Counted from the stretch's first letter, positions 1 to 10,765 are shown. The stretch is 64,000 nucleotides of DNA from Isosphaeraceae bacterium (GCA_965201075.1 CBDAVP010000003.1:124001-188000), one strand, 5' to 3'. The notes: a model not told the origin generated them from the sequence alone. Made by a program: numbers and translations.

Positions 1-557
1 TCGATAACTACGACTCCTTCACCTACAACCTCGTTCAGCGGCTGGGCGAAATTGACCCCAGCCTGGACCTCTGGGTCGTCCGCAACGACCAGGTGACGCT
101 GGACGAGATCGAGGCCCGCCAGCCCACCCATCTGATCATCTCTCCCGGGCCTTGCACCCCTCGCGAGGCGGGCATTTCCAACGACGCCCTGGCCCGCTTC
201 GCCCCGAAGTTGCCGACCCTGGGGGTTTGCCTCGGTCATCAATGCATCGGCCACACCTGGGGGGCCGAGGTCGTCCGGGCCGACCGGATCATGCACGGCA
301 AGACGTCCCCCATCTTCCATGATGGACAGGGGATCTACCGAGGAATGCCCAACCCCTTCGAGGCAACCCGCTACCACAGCCTCGTCATCCGGCCCGGGAC
401 CTTGCCCGAGAGCCTGGTTGTCGTCGCGTGGACCGAGGAAGGGGAAATCATGGGCGTCCGCCACCGCGAATACCCACTCGAAGGGGTCCAGTATCATCCC
501 GAAAGTTTCCTGACCCAGGATGGGGTTCGCCTCCTGGCCAACTTCATCGGCCGCTAA
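1..557 (+). CDS. trpG: Anthranilate/aminodeoxychorismate synthase component II (class I glutamine amidotransferase), 5'-truncated by window edge
   Basis: Frame from position 3 reads DNYDSFTYNLVQ; SPGPCTP, GVCLGHQ (catalytic Cys), HGKTS, RYHSL, QYHPES motifs. Confidence 0.93.
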   Translation, partial: DNYDSFTYNLVQRLGEIDPSLDLWVVRNDQVTLDEIEARQPTHLIISPGPCTPREAGISNDALARFAPKLPTLGVCLGHQCIGHTWGAEVVRADRIMHGKTSPIFHDGQGIYRGMPNPFEATRYHSLVIRPGTLPESLVVVAWTEEGEIMGVRHREYPLEGVQYHPESFLTQDGVRLLANFIGR

Positions 558-590
558 AACTCGAGCCTCGTTCTCGGGAAGGGAGGCCCG

Positions 591-1823
591 ATGCTCGACC
601 TGGACGCGGCCCTCGAAGCGGTGCTAGCCCGGACCCAACCCCTGCCCCCCCAATGGGTTTCGTTGGAAATGGCCAATCGGCGATGGCTGGCCGAGGATGT
701 GACCGCTGACCTGGATCTTCCGCCTTTCGCCAAGGCCCTCGTCGACGGCTACGCGATCCGTTCCGCCGACTTCCCGGCGGGTTCGGGCCGGTTCCGCGTC
801 GTCGAGACCATTCCCGCCGGTCATGCCCCGTCTCGCTCGCTCGGGCCGGGCGACGCGGCGCTCATCATGACTGGCGCCCCTTTGCCCGACGGGGCCGACG
901 CCGTCGTGATGCGCGAGGAAGCCGATCCGGACGGGACGGAATGGGTCCACCTTCGCCCGGAAAAGCCCGTGCGGCCCGGCCTGAACGGGTTGCCGCGTGG
1001 CCGCGAAATGCGAGCCGGCGAGACGGTTCTCCTCGCGGGCCAGCTTCTCGGTCCGGCTCAGGTCGGACTCCTCGCCTCGGTCGGTCGTGCCGAGGTGCTA
1101 GTTCACGGAAGACCCCGGGTCGTGGTGATCCCGACGGGTGACGAGCTGGTCGAGGCCGACCGCTTTCCCGGTCCGGGCCAGATCCGCAATTCCAACGGCC
1201 CGATGCTTCGCGCCTTCCTGGAAAGTCGTGGCGCCGAGGTTGTTTTGGGTCCGATCGCGCCCGACCATCCCGCCAGGCTTCGCGAGGCGTTGGCGGGCGG
1301 ATTGGCCGAGGCCGACGTCCTGGTCGTCGCCGGTGGCGTTTCGGCCGGCGATCTTGACCTGGTTCCCTCCACCCTCATCGGCCTGGGTGTTGAACGTGTG
1401 TTTCACAAGGTTCGACTCAAGCCCGGCAAGCCGTTATGGTTTGGCGTGGGGCCCGTCCGTGGGGGGGCGGGACATTCCCCGATGGTCTTCGGCCTGCCCG
1501 GCAACCCGGTTGGCGCTGCGGTTTGTGCCTTGCTGTTTGTTGGCCCCGCCTTGAGTCGTCTCCTCGGCGGCACGACCCCAGAACCGGTTGCGGAGCCGGG
1601 AATTCTCGCCAGGGAGTACGTGCAACGGGGAGTCCGTCCGACGTATCATCCGTCGCGGATCACCCGGAACCCCGATGGCTCGCTCCCTCAGGTCGAGCCG
1701 CTCGACTGGGCCGGGTCGGCCGACCTCCGTGGCCTTTCGCGGGCCGACGGCTTCGCCCGATTTCCTGAAGGGGATTGCGTTTACGGTCGAGGTGACGCGA
1801 TTCGCTTCGTGGCGTTCCCCTGA
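591..1823 (+). CDS. moeA: Molybdopterin molybdotransferase MoeA
   Basis: DLPPF..ALVDGYA, IMTGAPLP.GADAVVM, TGDEL, GQIRNSN, GGVSAGD.D, KPGKP, GLPGNP motifs. Confidence 0.95.
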   Translation: MLDLDAALEAVLARTQPLPPQWVSLEMANRRWLAEDVTADLDLPPFAKALVDGYAIRSADFPAGSGRFRVVETIPAGHAPSRSLGPGDAALIMTGAPLPDGADAVVMREEADPDGTEWVHLRPEKPVRPGLNGLPRGREMRAGETVLLAGQLLGPAQVGLLASVGRAEVLVHGRPRVVVIPTGDELVEADRFPGPGQIRNSNGPMLRAFLESRGAEVVLGPIAPDHPARLREALAGGLAEADVLVVAGGVSAGDLDLVPSTLIGLGVERVFHKVRLKPGKPLWFGVGPVRGGAGHSPMVFGLPGNPVGAAVCALLFVGPALSRLLGGTTPEPVAEPGILAREYVQRGVRPTYHPSRITRNPDGSLPQVEPLDWAGSADLRGLSRADGFARFPEGDCVYGRGDAIRFVAFP

Positions 1824-1875
1824 CCCGGCGTCGGCTCCCGGCCGAAACTTCCGGCCTCCAAGGACGAACGAACCG

Positions 1876-3600
1876 ATGACGACGCCGACCCTGCCGGCCC
1901 CCGCGGACGCCCTCGCCGCGACGCCTCCCACCGCCGAGAGGTTCAAACTCCCTCCGGCGCCGGTGCTGGCCTTGATCTCGGCGGCGCTGCTGGCCCCCTC
2001 GTTCCCCGGAGAATTGGGAGGAGGCTGGCCCTGGCTTGCCTGGTTTGCCCTGGTTCCGCTGTTCGCCCTGGTTCGGGTGGAACGACGCCCGTGGGTGTTG
2101 TACCTCGGGGCGTGGTTGGGAGGCCTGGCGTTCTGGCTGATCGCGATCCGCTGGATTCTGTGGTGCCCGGAGGACGTGACCCTGGGCTGGATTGTGATGT
2201 CGCTGGCCCTCTCGGCCTGGTGGCCCGCCTTCCTGGCCTTGACCCGACTGGCCGTCCGAGGCCACGGCTGGCCGCTGATGATCGCGGCGCCGACGGTCTG
2301 GGTCGCGTTGGAATTTGTTCAGGGGTATGCCTTTACGGGATTTTCGTGGTATTACCTGGCCCATTCCCAGTACCGCGTGCTGCCCTTCATCCAGATCGCC
2401 GATTTCGCCGGAGCGTGGGGCCCTAGCTTCGTCCTGGCCCTGGTCAACGCCACCTGGGTGGTTCTGCTGGACCCAACGCGACCCGGCACCTCGTTGGTTC
2501 CGGGTCGATGGGCGAATCGTCCGAAAGTCCTGGCGACGGCGATCCTTGCGCTGGTCGTGGCGGGCACGCTGGGCTACGGATGGTATCGGCTGGCGACGGC
2601 TCGATTCCGACCAGGTCCGAGGGTCGCGTTGCTCCAGTCGGATCTGGTCCAGCGGATGAAGTTGCGGATCACCCGCGACGAGATTCGGGCCGTTTACGAA
2701 GGGCTGGTCGTCCGGGCGTTGAAGGAAGCGCCCGACCTGATCGTCTGGCCCGAGACGTCCTGGCCGATCCCGGTCGCCTCGTTCGCACCAGGGCTGACGG
2801 CGAGCGAGCTGGATCGGTTGGTTCGCGCCCGCAACCCCGAGGATCGGGGCGAGGACTGGCGGGAAATGTCCCGATTCTGGGCCGACTACCTCCGACGTTG
2901 GGTCAACGCCACGCGCACTCCGATGCTCCTGGGCGCGATCAGTTACGAGTACCGACCGGGCAAGCTCGATCGATACAACTCCGCCGTCCTGATCGCCCCC
3001 GACCGGACCGACGTGTCGAGCTATCACAAGCTCCATCTCGTCCCGTTTGGCGAATACGTCCCGTTGATCGGAGCATTGCCCTGGCTCGCCGCGCTCACTC
3101 CTTACAGTCCGGACAATCTCCCGAGCCTAAGTTTTGGCTCTGAGCCGGTCGGGTTCACCTTGGGCAAAACCACCTTTGCCACGGTGATTTGCTTCGAGGA
3201 CACCGTCCCTCGGGTCGCTCGGCGGTTCTTCGCCGAAGCCCCCGGCGGCCGACAGCCTGACGTCCTCCTCAACCAGTCGAATGACGGCTGGTTCCGCAAC
3301 TCCTCCGAGCCCGACATGCACCTGGCCATCAGCGTCTTCCGCGCCGTGGAGAACCGCGTCCCCTTGGCGAGGGCCGCGAATACCGGCATCTCGGGGTGGG
3401 TCGATGGCAACGGACGGATTCGCGAGACCTTTCCCAAGAGCCGGGAAGTGGTGAAGTCCGTGAGCCTCCTGCTGGACGACCGGCAAAGTTTCTATTCGGC
3501 CTGGGGGGATTGGCTGCCCGTGTCGTGCCTGGTGGCGACTTTGGGGATGCTCGGGCAGGCCGTCGCCCGCAAATTGCACGGTCGCCGGGGTCGCATCTAG
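1876..3600 (+). CDS. lnt: Apolipoprotein N-acyltransferase
   Basis: N-terminal TM helices; nitrilase-fold motifs WPET, YHKLHLVPFGEYVP, ICFED, NDGWF, RAVENR..RAANTGIS; start taken at ATG 1876. Confidence 0.95.
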   Translation: MTTPTLPAPADALAATPPTAERFKLPPAPVLALISAALLAPSFPGELGGGWPWLAWFALVPLFALVRVERRPWVLYLGAWLGGLAFWLIAIRWILWCPEDVTLGWIVMSLALSAWWPAFLALTRLAVRGHGWPLMIAAPTVWVALEFVQGYAFTGFSWYYLAHSQYRVLPFIQIADFAGAWGPSFVLALVNATWVVLLDPTRPGTSLVPGRWANRPKVLATAILALVVAGTLGYGWYRLATARFRPGPRVALLQSDLVQRMKLRITRDEIRAVYEGLVVRALKEAPDLIVWPETSWPIPVASFAPGLTASELDRLVRARNPEDRGEDWREMSRFWADYLRRWVNATRTPMLLGAISYEYRPGKLDRYNSAVLIAPDRTDVSSYHKLHLVPFGEYVPLIGALPWLAALTPYSPDNLPSLSFGSEPVGFTLGKTTFATVICFEDTVPRVARRFFAEAPGGRQPDVLLNQSNDGWFRNSSEPDMHLAISVFRAVENRVPLARAANTGISGWVDGNGRIRETFPKSREVVKSVSLLLDDRQSFYSAWGDWLPVSCLVATLGMLGQAVARKLHGRRGRI

Positions 3601-3690
3601 CCTACCCGCCTTGCCCATCTCCCAATGGTGGGGTAGATTTGGTCAAGTCCGACGGCCGAGCCGGGTCGTGAGTTGTCGAAATCGTTGGTG

Positions 3691-3710
3691 AAGGGCTTTT
3701 GCGCCCTTTT
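3691..3710 (+). terminator. Possible intrinsic terminator after lnt
   Basis: AAGGGC-TTTTGC-GCCCTT hairpin followed by TT. Confidence 0.4.
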
Positions 3711-3907
3711 GCTGGCGACCGGGCACCTTGCCAGACCGATTCGGGCCCCGCTACGATGGATAAAGTGATCTTGACGGGCACGGTTGTTTGGTCACGGGAT
3801 AATGCCCCCGCTGACCGTCATTTGGGTTCGCGCGCTGGCCCCTGGGTCGACAATTACGTCGGGGGGTAGGCGGCCGGCCGGCTGTCGCCGAGAGGCGGGA
3901 TGAAACC

Positions 3908-4750
3908 ATGACGTTCGTCGGCAAGATTCTCGTGATCATCATCCTCGTCTTCTCCCTCTTCTTCCTGGCCCTCTCGGCCGTGGTGAGTTCCACCGCCGAG
4001 AACTGGGATGCCAAGGTAAAGACGGCGCAGAAGAGCATCTCGGATCTAAATAACAAACTCAGCGAGAAGACCGCCGCGGCCGAGGCCGCCGCCAAGAATA
4101 TGAAAGACGCAACCGACGACCTGGACACCGCCAAAAAGAATTACGAGGCCCAGATCAACGCCCGTCAGCGCGACCTTGACTCCGTGCGCAAGGAGATCAC
4201 CGAAAACCGAACCCTCCTGGAAACGGCTCAGAACAACGCCCAGGAAGCGCTCAACGTCGCCAAGGCTCGCACCGAGGAGTCCGATCAGCTCAAGGCCGTG
4301 GTCACCTCGACCCAGACGCAGGCCAACCAATTCAAGGAACAGCAACGCGACCTGAACGACCGCATCCGCATTCTCCAGCGAGAGGTCGAGGTCGCGAAGG
4401 AAAACAACAAGACTCTGCGGAATCGAGTGGAGAAGCTCAATTCCGTTTTGTACCTGAAAAACATCAACCCCGATACCGTGACATCCGGCACGGCTCCTCC
4501 CCCGTCGGTGGAGGCGAAAATTACCCGAGTCGACTCCCAGAACCGGCACGTCGAGATCAGCGCCGGCTCGGACGATGGACTCAAGCCCGGTCACGTCCTG
4601 TCGGTCTTCAGCCTCAATCCGGTCGCCTACAAGGGCCGGATCGTGATCGAGTCGGCCGACGGCGACCAGGCCGTCGGGAGGGTCCAGGGCACCACGATCA
4701 ACGGCCAACGAATCCTGGAGGGGGACAATGTCTCGAGTAAAATCCGCTAG
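3908..4750 (+). CDS. Membrane-anchored coiled-coil protein with C-terminal beta-rich domain
   Basis: N-terminal TM anchor (KILVIIILVFSLFFLAL), long heptad-rich region, C-terminal VEISAGSDDGL..G motif; typical codon usage. Confidence 0.8.
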   Translation: MTFVGKILVIIILVFSLFFLALSAVVSSTAENWDAKVKTAQKSISDLNNKLSEKTAAAEAAAKNMKDATDDLDTAKKNYEAQINARQRDLDSVRKEITENRTLLETAQNNAQEALNVAKARTEESDQLKAVVTSTQTQANQFKEQQRDLNDRIRILQREVEVAKENNKTLRNRVEKLNSVLYLKNINPDTVTSGTAPPPSVEAKITRVDSQNRHVEISAGSDDGLKPGHVLSVFSLNPVAYKGRIVIESADGDQAVGRVQGTTINGQRILEGDNVSSKIR

Positions 4751-4988
4751 AGACGCCAAGGGGGCCAAGGGCGCGAAGTCGGCCAAGGCCGCCAAGCCCG
4801 GAAAGCCAGGAGCCAAGCCCACCGCCAAACGCGCGGCCGCCCCCGGTCGACCCGGTGTCTTCGTCCAGAAGCCCAAGAGCGATATCTACGTGGCCCTCCT
4901 CTCGATCGCCCTGGGCGCCATTCTGATCGGCTCGCTGCTTCTGGTCCTGCAACTCAACGCGGTCGGGTTCAATCTGAAAGCCGTTTGA
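4728..4988 (+). CDS. Small basic membrane protein
   Basis: Lys/Ala-rich N-terminus, PKSDIYVALL plus one TM helix; overlaps the end of the upstream gene. Confidence 0.7.
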   Translation: MSRVKSARDAKGAKGAKSAKAAKPGKPGAKPTAKRAAAPGRPGVFVQKPKSDIYVALLSIALGAILIGSLLLVLQLNAVGFNLKAV

Positions 4989-5028
4989 ACGAAATTGGAC
5001 GAACTGAACAAAATTATCTACTGAACGC

Positions 5029-5057
5029 TTGTCACTAGGGGCTCTCGCCGATACAAT
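5029..5057 (+). promoter_or_regulatory. sigma70-type promoter for the Rad52-family gene
   Basis: TTGTCA-N17-TACAAT. Confidence 0.7.
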
Positions 5058-5217
5058 CCACCCGTCCGGTCGATTCGGAGCCAACAGGCTCGGGTCGGCC
5101 GGATGGCGGCGTTCCGCGATGGAGCGTCGCTGCACCCGGTGATTGACCACTGCCGAGGGCGAATCGAGCTGGACGTATTTCGTCCAGGCCGTTCGAGTCC
5201 TCCGGGGGGCGAGACCT

Positions 5218-5910
5218 ATGACCCAGCATCCCGACCTGTTCGCGGCCCTCGCCGCTCCGTTTGAGTCCAACGAAGTCAAGGCCCGACCGTCTCAGAACGG
5301 GCGATCGCTGCACTACATCACGGCCCGGACGGCGATGAACCGTCTGGACAGCATCCTCGGGCCGGAGAACTGGTGGGACGAGTATGTCCCTCTGGAAAAG
5401 TCGGTCGTCTGCAAGCTTTCGATCCGCCTGCCCGATGGGCTGATCATCACCAAGTCGGACGCGGGCGGTTACGCGGGTATGTCCGACGGGGGCGATGACG
5501 ACAAGAGTGGGTTCAGTGATGCCTTCAAGCGCGCCGCGTCCAAGTTCGGCGTGGCCCGATATTTGTACCGCGACGGTATCCCCTCGTTTGTGCGAGAGCG
5601 AGTCGCCCCGGCGGAGACGGTCGCTCCCGAACCAGTGCCCGAAACTCCGACTCGTCAGGCTGTGGCCCCAAACTCCTCGGCCCCCCGCACCGGTAAGGCC
5701 ATGTTCGCCTGGACGAAGGACCAGGAGCAGCGGCACGAGGTGGGCCTGCTGAAGTATCTCAACAGTTGGGCGAAGCTCCAGGACTTTCCCGCCCGGATGA
5801 TCGACTGGGACGCCGAGCAGGTTGGGCTGGCCCACTCCGAGGCTTGCCGGAAGATTCAGGCGCTTCAGCCGGTGGGAGCGGACGGTTTCGACGAGGCTCT
5901 CAATAACTAA
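5218..5910 (+). CDS. Rad52/Rad22-family single-strand annealing protein (DdrA/Sak-like)
   Basis: LAAPF, YITARTAMNRLD.ILGPENW, K.GFSDAFKRAASKFGVARYLY signature. Confidence 0.85.
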   Translation: MTQHPDLFAALAAPFESNEVKARPSQNGRSLHYITARTAMNRLDSILGPENWWDEYVPLEKSVVCKLSIRLPDGLIITKSDAGGYAGMSDGGDDDKSGFSDAFKRAASKFGVARYLYRDGIPSFVRERVAPAETVAPEPVPETPTRQAVAPNSSAPRTGKAMFAWTKDQEQRHEVGLLKYLNSWAKLQDFPARMIDWDAEQVGLAHSEACRKIQALQPVGADGFDEALNN

Positions 5911-5938
5911 GCTCCAGAACGGCCGGACACTTCAACTC

Positions 5939-5960
5939 CGGGGAGGAATAGGCCTCCCCG
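5939..5960 (+). terminator. Hairpin after the Rad52-family gene
   Basis: CGGGGAGG-AATAGG-CCTCCCCG perfect 8-bp stem, no U-tract. Confidence 0.4.
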
Positions 5961-6071
5961 CTCCCATTGAGTCGACACGCCCCCCGCCAAGGCCCACTTG
6001 ACCCTCTGGCATAATCCCCTAGGATCTCGGCCCAAGTGGAATTGGCGGACCTCGGACGGGAGGCGGATCGG

Positions 6072-7412
6072 ATGGATTCGACACAAGGCCATGTTCGGGA
6101 ACGGGCCATCCTCCTGGTGTTGGCTTCGGTGCAGTTCATCAGCATCGTCGATTTCATGATCGTCATGCCGATGGCACCCAAGCTCATCAAGGCCATGGAC
6201 TTGAGCCCGCTTCAATTCGGACTCGTGGTCTCATCCTATGCCTTCAGCGCCAGTCTCGCCGGCATCCTGGCGGCCCTGGTTGTGGATCGGCTCGATCGGC
6301 GAACCGCCTTCCTGGGCCTGTTCGCGGGCTTCCTGGTCGGGACCTTGCTCTGCGGCGTGGCCCCGACCTACTCCACGTTGCTTGCCGCCAGGACATTGAC
6401 TGGCGCGTTTGGAGGAGTACTGGGCGGTCTCGCTCTCACAATCGTCGGGGATATCGTGCCGGAACAGCGGAGAGGCCGGGCGACGGGCACGCTGATGTCG
6501 GCCTTTGCCGTCGCCTCGGCCCTGGGTGTCCCACTGGGGATCGTTCTGAGCAACCGTCTCGGCTGGCACGCGCCATTCCTGGTTTTGGCGGCGGTGGGGT
6601 TCTTGGTTCTTGTTGTCGCCGCGAGGGCCTTGCCGAGCCTAAGCGGCCACCTCGTCCCCGGCGGTCACGGAGAGTCCCCGCTTTCCCGATTCACGGCGGT
6701 CCTGGCCAACCCGAATCACCTGCGGGCTTATTTACTGGTGACCTTGCTGATGATCGGCGGATTTTCGGTCATCCCCTTCATCAGCGACTATCTGGTTGCC
6801 AACCTGGGCGTGACCTCGGAGCAACTTCCGCTGATTTATATTGTTGGCGGGGTGGTCACACTGGTCGCCGCGCCAGCGGTGGGCCGGCTCGCCGACCGCT
6901 TCGGCAAGCTCCGCGTCTACTCGTCGATCGCGCCGATTTCCGGAGTATTAATGCTGGCGGTGACGAACCTGCCGAGGGTTTCCCTGGCGGCGGCGGTGGG
7001 CGTGGTTGCCTGCCTGATGGCGAGCAACGCCGGTCGGATGGTCGTGGCGATGGCGATGGTGACCTCCTGCGTCGAGCCCCGCCGCCGCGGCACGTTCATG
7101 AGTCTCAATTCCTCGGTGCAACACCTGTCCTCGGGCCTGGCCGCGTATCTGGGCGGAGCGATCCTGGGCCGGGCGGCGGATGGGTCGCTCACCCGCTTCC
7201 CGCTGGTCGGCCTGCTCGCCTTCGGAGCCACTCTCCTCAGTCTGGGTGTCGCGGCGAGCCTCCGCGTCGCCGCCTCCGGAGACCGGGGAACTGATATCGC
7301 CGCGGAAATGGGACGGTCGTCGCCGTTGGGAACGCCGATCCCTGAAATTTCCCGAAGGCTTGGGGCCGATCCGGTTGCGAGGCATGCCCGGGAGGGGGGC
7401 GTCTCGGTATAA
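6072..7412 (+). CDS. MFS transporter (DHA1/arabinose-efflux-like)
   Basis: About 12 TM helices; motif A ([14 protein letters not shown]); [10 protein letters not shown]. Confidence 0.9.
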   Translation: MDSTQGHVRERAILLVLASVQFISIVDFMIVMPMAPKLIKAMDLSPLQFGLVVSSYAFSASLAGILAALVVDRLDRRTAFLGLFAGFLVGTLLCGVAPTYSTLLAARTLTGAFGGVLGGLALTIVGDIVPEQRRGRATGTLMSAFAVASALGVPLGIVLSNRLGWHAPFLVLAAVGFLVLVVAARALPSLSGHLVPGGHGESPLSRFTAVLANPNHLRAYLLVTLLMIGGFSVIPFISDYLVANLGVTSEQLPLIYIVGGVVTLVAAPAVGRLADRFGKLRVYSSIAPISGVLMLAVTNLPRVSLAAAVGVVACLMASNAGRMVVAMAMVTSCVEPRRRGTFMSLNSSVQHLSSGLAAYLGGAILGRAADGSLTRFPLVGLLAFGATLLSLGVAASLRVAASGDRGTDIAAEMGRSSPLGTPIPEISRRLGADPVARHAREGGVSV

Positions 7413-7485
7413 TGAAAACCTGTTAACGCCCGGCCGGCCTGTCGGCCCGGGAGCCGCACCGGGGCCTTCTCCCGAGGATCTTGCC

Positions 7486-8457
7486 ATGAGCCTCCTTGAC
7501 TCCCTCAAGAAGTACACCACCGTCGTCGCCGACACCGGGGACATCGAGGCGATCTCGGCCTACACGCCCCAGGACGCCACAACCAACCCCTCGCTCCTGC
7601 TCCAGGCGGCTCAGAAGGAGCAGTACAAGCACTTGGTCGAGCAGGCCATGCAGGACGCCGAGGAGCAAGGCGGGTCTGAATCCGATCAGACCGAGGCCTT
7701 CATGGACGGCCTGTTCGTCGCGTTCGGTCGCGAGATTCTCAAAATCGTCCCCGGGCGAGTTTCCACCGAAGTCGACGCCTCGCTCAGCTTTAATACCGAG
7801 GGCACCCTGGCGAAGGCCCGGAAGCTGATCGGCCTGTACGAGAAGTACGACGTCGACCGCAACCGCATCCTGATCAAGATTGCCAGCACCTGGGAAGGCA
7901 TCCGCGCCGCCGAGCAACTGGAGCGTGAGGGGATTCACTGCAACCTCACGCTTCTGTTCAGCTTCGCCCAGGCGGTCGCCTGCGCCGAGGCCGGCGTCAC
8001 CCTGATCTCCCCGTTCGTGGGACGGATCTACGACTACTACAAGAAGGAGAAGGGGGCTGACGTTCCCCCGGACAAGGATCCCGGTGTCACTTCCGTGACG
8101 AAGATTTACGACTACTTCAAGAAGTACGATTACAAGACGCAGGTGATGGGGGCGAGCTTCCGCCGGGTCGAGCAAATCGTCGACCTGGCCGGCTGCGACC
8201 TCCTGACGATCAGCCCCGACCTTTTGGCCAAGCTCGGCGAGTCGAATGACCCCTTGACACCCAAGCTGACTGTCGAAAAGGCCAAGGCCAGCGACGCCAA
8301 GAAGATCCACCTCGACGAGAAGGGCTTCCGTTGGCTGCACAACGAAGACCCGATGGCCGTCGAGAAGCTCAGCGACGGCATCCGCAAGTTCAACGCCGAC
8401 GCCCGTAAGCTGGAAGCCTTCTCCCGGACGCTCGTCGGAGAGAAGGTCGCCAGCTAG
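7486..8457 (+). CDS. tal: Transaldolase
   Basis: [56 protein letters not shown]. Confidence 0.98.
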   Translation: MSLLDSLKKYTTVVADTGDIEAISAYTPQDATTNPSLLLQAAQKEQYKHLVEQAMQDAEEQGGSESDQTEAFMDGLFVAFGREILKIVPGRVSTEVDASLSFNTEGTLAKARKLIGLYEKYDVDRNRILIKIASTWEGIRAAEQLEREGIHCNLTLLFSFAQAVACAEAGVTLISPFVGRIYDYYKKEKGADVPPDKDPGVTSVTKIYDYFKKYDYKTQVMGASFRRVEQIVDLAGCDLLTISPDLLAKLGESNDPLTPKLTVEKAKASDAKKIHLDEKGFRWLHNEDPMAVEKLSDGIRKFNADARKLEAFSRTLVGEKVAS

Positions 8458-8494
8458 CGAATCGGGGGTGGGGTCAGGGGTTGCGTCGGTCCGC

Positions 8495-10360
8495 TCACTC
8501 CGCCACCCGGTCCGCGACCCGCCCCGCCATGGGTTTTTCATCGTGGAGTGGCACGGTGATGCCATCCGCGTTGGCCGGCGGCTGTTTCCCAATGTGGGCG
8601 TAGAGGATGCGTCTCAGATCGCCGACGGTGTCGGGTTCATCCTGGCAGCCGTGGTCTCCCTGGACCACCAGTTCAGACGCCGCGCCTTCGAGGTGGGAAC
8701 TCCAGTATGGAACTACCCCGTCGCTTCCCAAAGCGACTGGGCCCGGTTCCTTCTGGCCAATGACCGAGTGGTAGGTGACTCCCTGACGAAACGGCAAGGC
8801 GTTCATGGTCTTGAGCAAGGGGTTGTTTGGCCGCAACTCGTCGATGCTCGAAGGCAGGCCACGGCGGGCGGTCGGCGTGAAGAAATCCCGACCGTTCTGG
8901 ATCAAAAGCGAGCGATAGGTGGCTCTCAGGGACCCGGGCAAACGGATGAGCCGGTCCGTGAGCCGGCCGATGAACTGGTCCCCCAGCTCGCTGCCTCGAT
9001 GGGGCGTGGCGATGAACACCACGCGCTCGATCGTCGGGTCGGGCTCGAAGAAGAAGACCTTGCGGAGCAACTCGCGACGTTCTGGAGAGGTCTTGAGGGC
9101 CTCGAACGGCTGGGTGCTGACGAGTTTCCAAATCTCGTCGCCGCTGCCAACGATCAACATCTTGGTCACCAGGCCGCCCATGCTGTGCCCGATCATCACC
9201 GTCCGCCCGAGCGCTGGATCGGTGGCCTCGGGGTCGACAATTGCCCGGAGTTCGGCGAGCCGTTCGCGGAGCCGAGCGGCCGAGTACGGAAATGGGATCC
9301 CGGTGGGATACATGAACAGCCAGAACTGGTAGCGGGACCGCAGGGTGGGGTCGGCCCGAAGGGCGTTGATGACCTTGGTCCAGGCCGCGGGACTCGACCG
9401 CAGTCCGTGGACGAGAATCACCGGGATTTTTCCCCGCTCATAGGGGTGCAGCATGTACAGGCCCGACAACTTTTCCAGCCATTGCGGGTCAAGGAGTCCA
9501 ATTTCCTGGAGGATCGGCAGGGGGCTATGGGCGAAGTGGAAGGCCAGCGAGGTCGAGAGGTCGGTCGCCAGCGGCTGGCGGATTGGTCCAAAATCGACCC
9601 GATCCGTCCGCAAGGGGTCGTGCAGTTCCAGTAAATAGTCCGGACGTACGCCCCGGGCCGGATCGCCGGGGCTGGCGACTCGCAGGACGGCCGTCACGGG
9701 GACGACCTGTCGAGGCATCAGGTACTTGTCCTGGCCCTGTCGAGATTCCAACTCGCGAAAGCGAAAGCGCCGCTCGGCAATGAGGGAGACCCCGACGCCC
9801 TCGGTCCTCGCCATCGGTTCGAGGCCGCGGACCTGGTATTCCGAGACCGGCGTGAACTGGTCGAACTGCTCGGGAGACCAGACCGAGTCATCGCGGCGGA
9901 TCGTGACGCGGATGCCTCTGGCGGCCATCTCGGCCCGCCAGGATTCATCGAGTCGGATCCTCCGTCCTCCGCTGGCGACCAGCAGCGTTTCCAGCCCCCG
10001 GTTGTAAATGGCGCGTGCCTTCGCCTGCTCCGCGGCCGCCTTGGGGTCGTCCGATTCCGCTTTGGTCAGGAAGATCTTCGACGCCTGGTTCATGGCGTCC
10101 AGGGCTCCGGCGATCGCCAGGTCGTCCGCGACGCCCACCGATGCCCGAGACGCCACGGCGCTGGCCAATGCCCCGGAGAGTCGCGTTGAGGCCGGAGCCC
10201 CGGAGGGATCGTCCGAAATCAACGCCCCGGAATTGCCGACGTGATAGCCGGCCGGAGGGCCCATCTCCAGCCCAACATGACGAATCGACAAGTCGCGGCA
10301 CCCGCTGGCCAGCGAGATGACGAGAAATCCGGCGATCCAGCGAACGCCATCCTGGCGCAT
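8495..10360 (-). CDS. Lipoprotein alpha/beta-fold hydrolase (esterase/lipase family)
   Basis: Lipobox-like SLASGC; VHGL, GHSMGG nucleophile elbow, ATPHRGS, SDGVVPY. Confidence 0.85.
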   Translation of the reverse strand: MRQDGVRWIAGFLVISLASGCRDLSIRHVGLEMGPPAGYHVGNSGALISDDPSGAPASTRLSGALASAVASRASVGVADDLAIAGALDAMNQASKIFLTKAESDDPKAAAEQAKARAIYNRGLETLLVASGGRRIRLDESWRAEMAARGIRVTIRRDDSVWSPEQFDQFTPVSEYQVRGLEPMARTEGVGVSLIAERRFRFRELESRQGQDKYLMPRQVVPVTAVLRVASPGDPARGVRPDYLLELHDPLRTDRVDFGPIRQPLATDLSTSLAFHFAHSPLPILQEIGLLDPQWLEKLSGLYMLHPYERGKIPVILVHGLRSSPAAWTKVINALRADPTLRSRYQFWLFMYPTGIPFPYSAARLRERLAELRAIVDPEATDPALGRTVMIGHSMGGLVTKMLIVGSGDEIWKLVSTQPFEALKTSPERRELLRKVFFFEPDPTIERVVFIATPHRGSELGDQFIGRLTDRLIRLPGSLRATYRSLLIQNGRDFFTPTARRGLPSSIDELRPNNPLLKTMNALPFRQGVTYHSVIGQKEPGPVALGSDGVVPYWSSHLEGAASELVVQGDHGCQDEPDTVGDLRRILYAHIGKQPPANADGITVPLHDEKPMAGRVADRVAE

Positions 10361-10765
10361 TGCGAGCCCTTGATTCCACTCGGAGCCGACTCAACGGCGG
10401 ACCTCGCCACGTTCGAGACGCACCCCAAGCTCCGGACGACCGCAGCCCTACCACCGGGGTTATCGGAGGAATCCCCGAAACCGTACAGTCGATCTGGCAA
10501 AATCCGTTCCCTGAGCCATTTCGTTGATCCCGCTAGCAATCCGCGGGGCTTCCCACCAAACTCGCCAGTCCGATGGGGACAAAAGCCGACGCCGAGACTG
10601 GCGCGTCGCGTTCCCGAACACGACATTGTGTCTTTTTGTATACTTGGGCTTGCTTCCACCCTCCGCCTGCGGCATCCTGTGGCAACCCGACCGACGTGGG
10701 ACGATCGGTAGCCCAAGGAAGGCTCCCGGCGTCGGCGGATTTGTTCCTCAGAAGCGGGGATTGAC

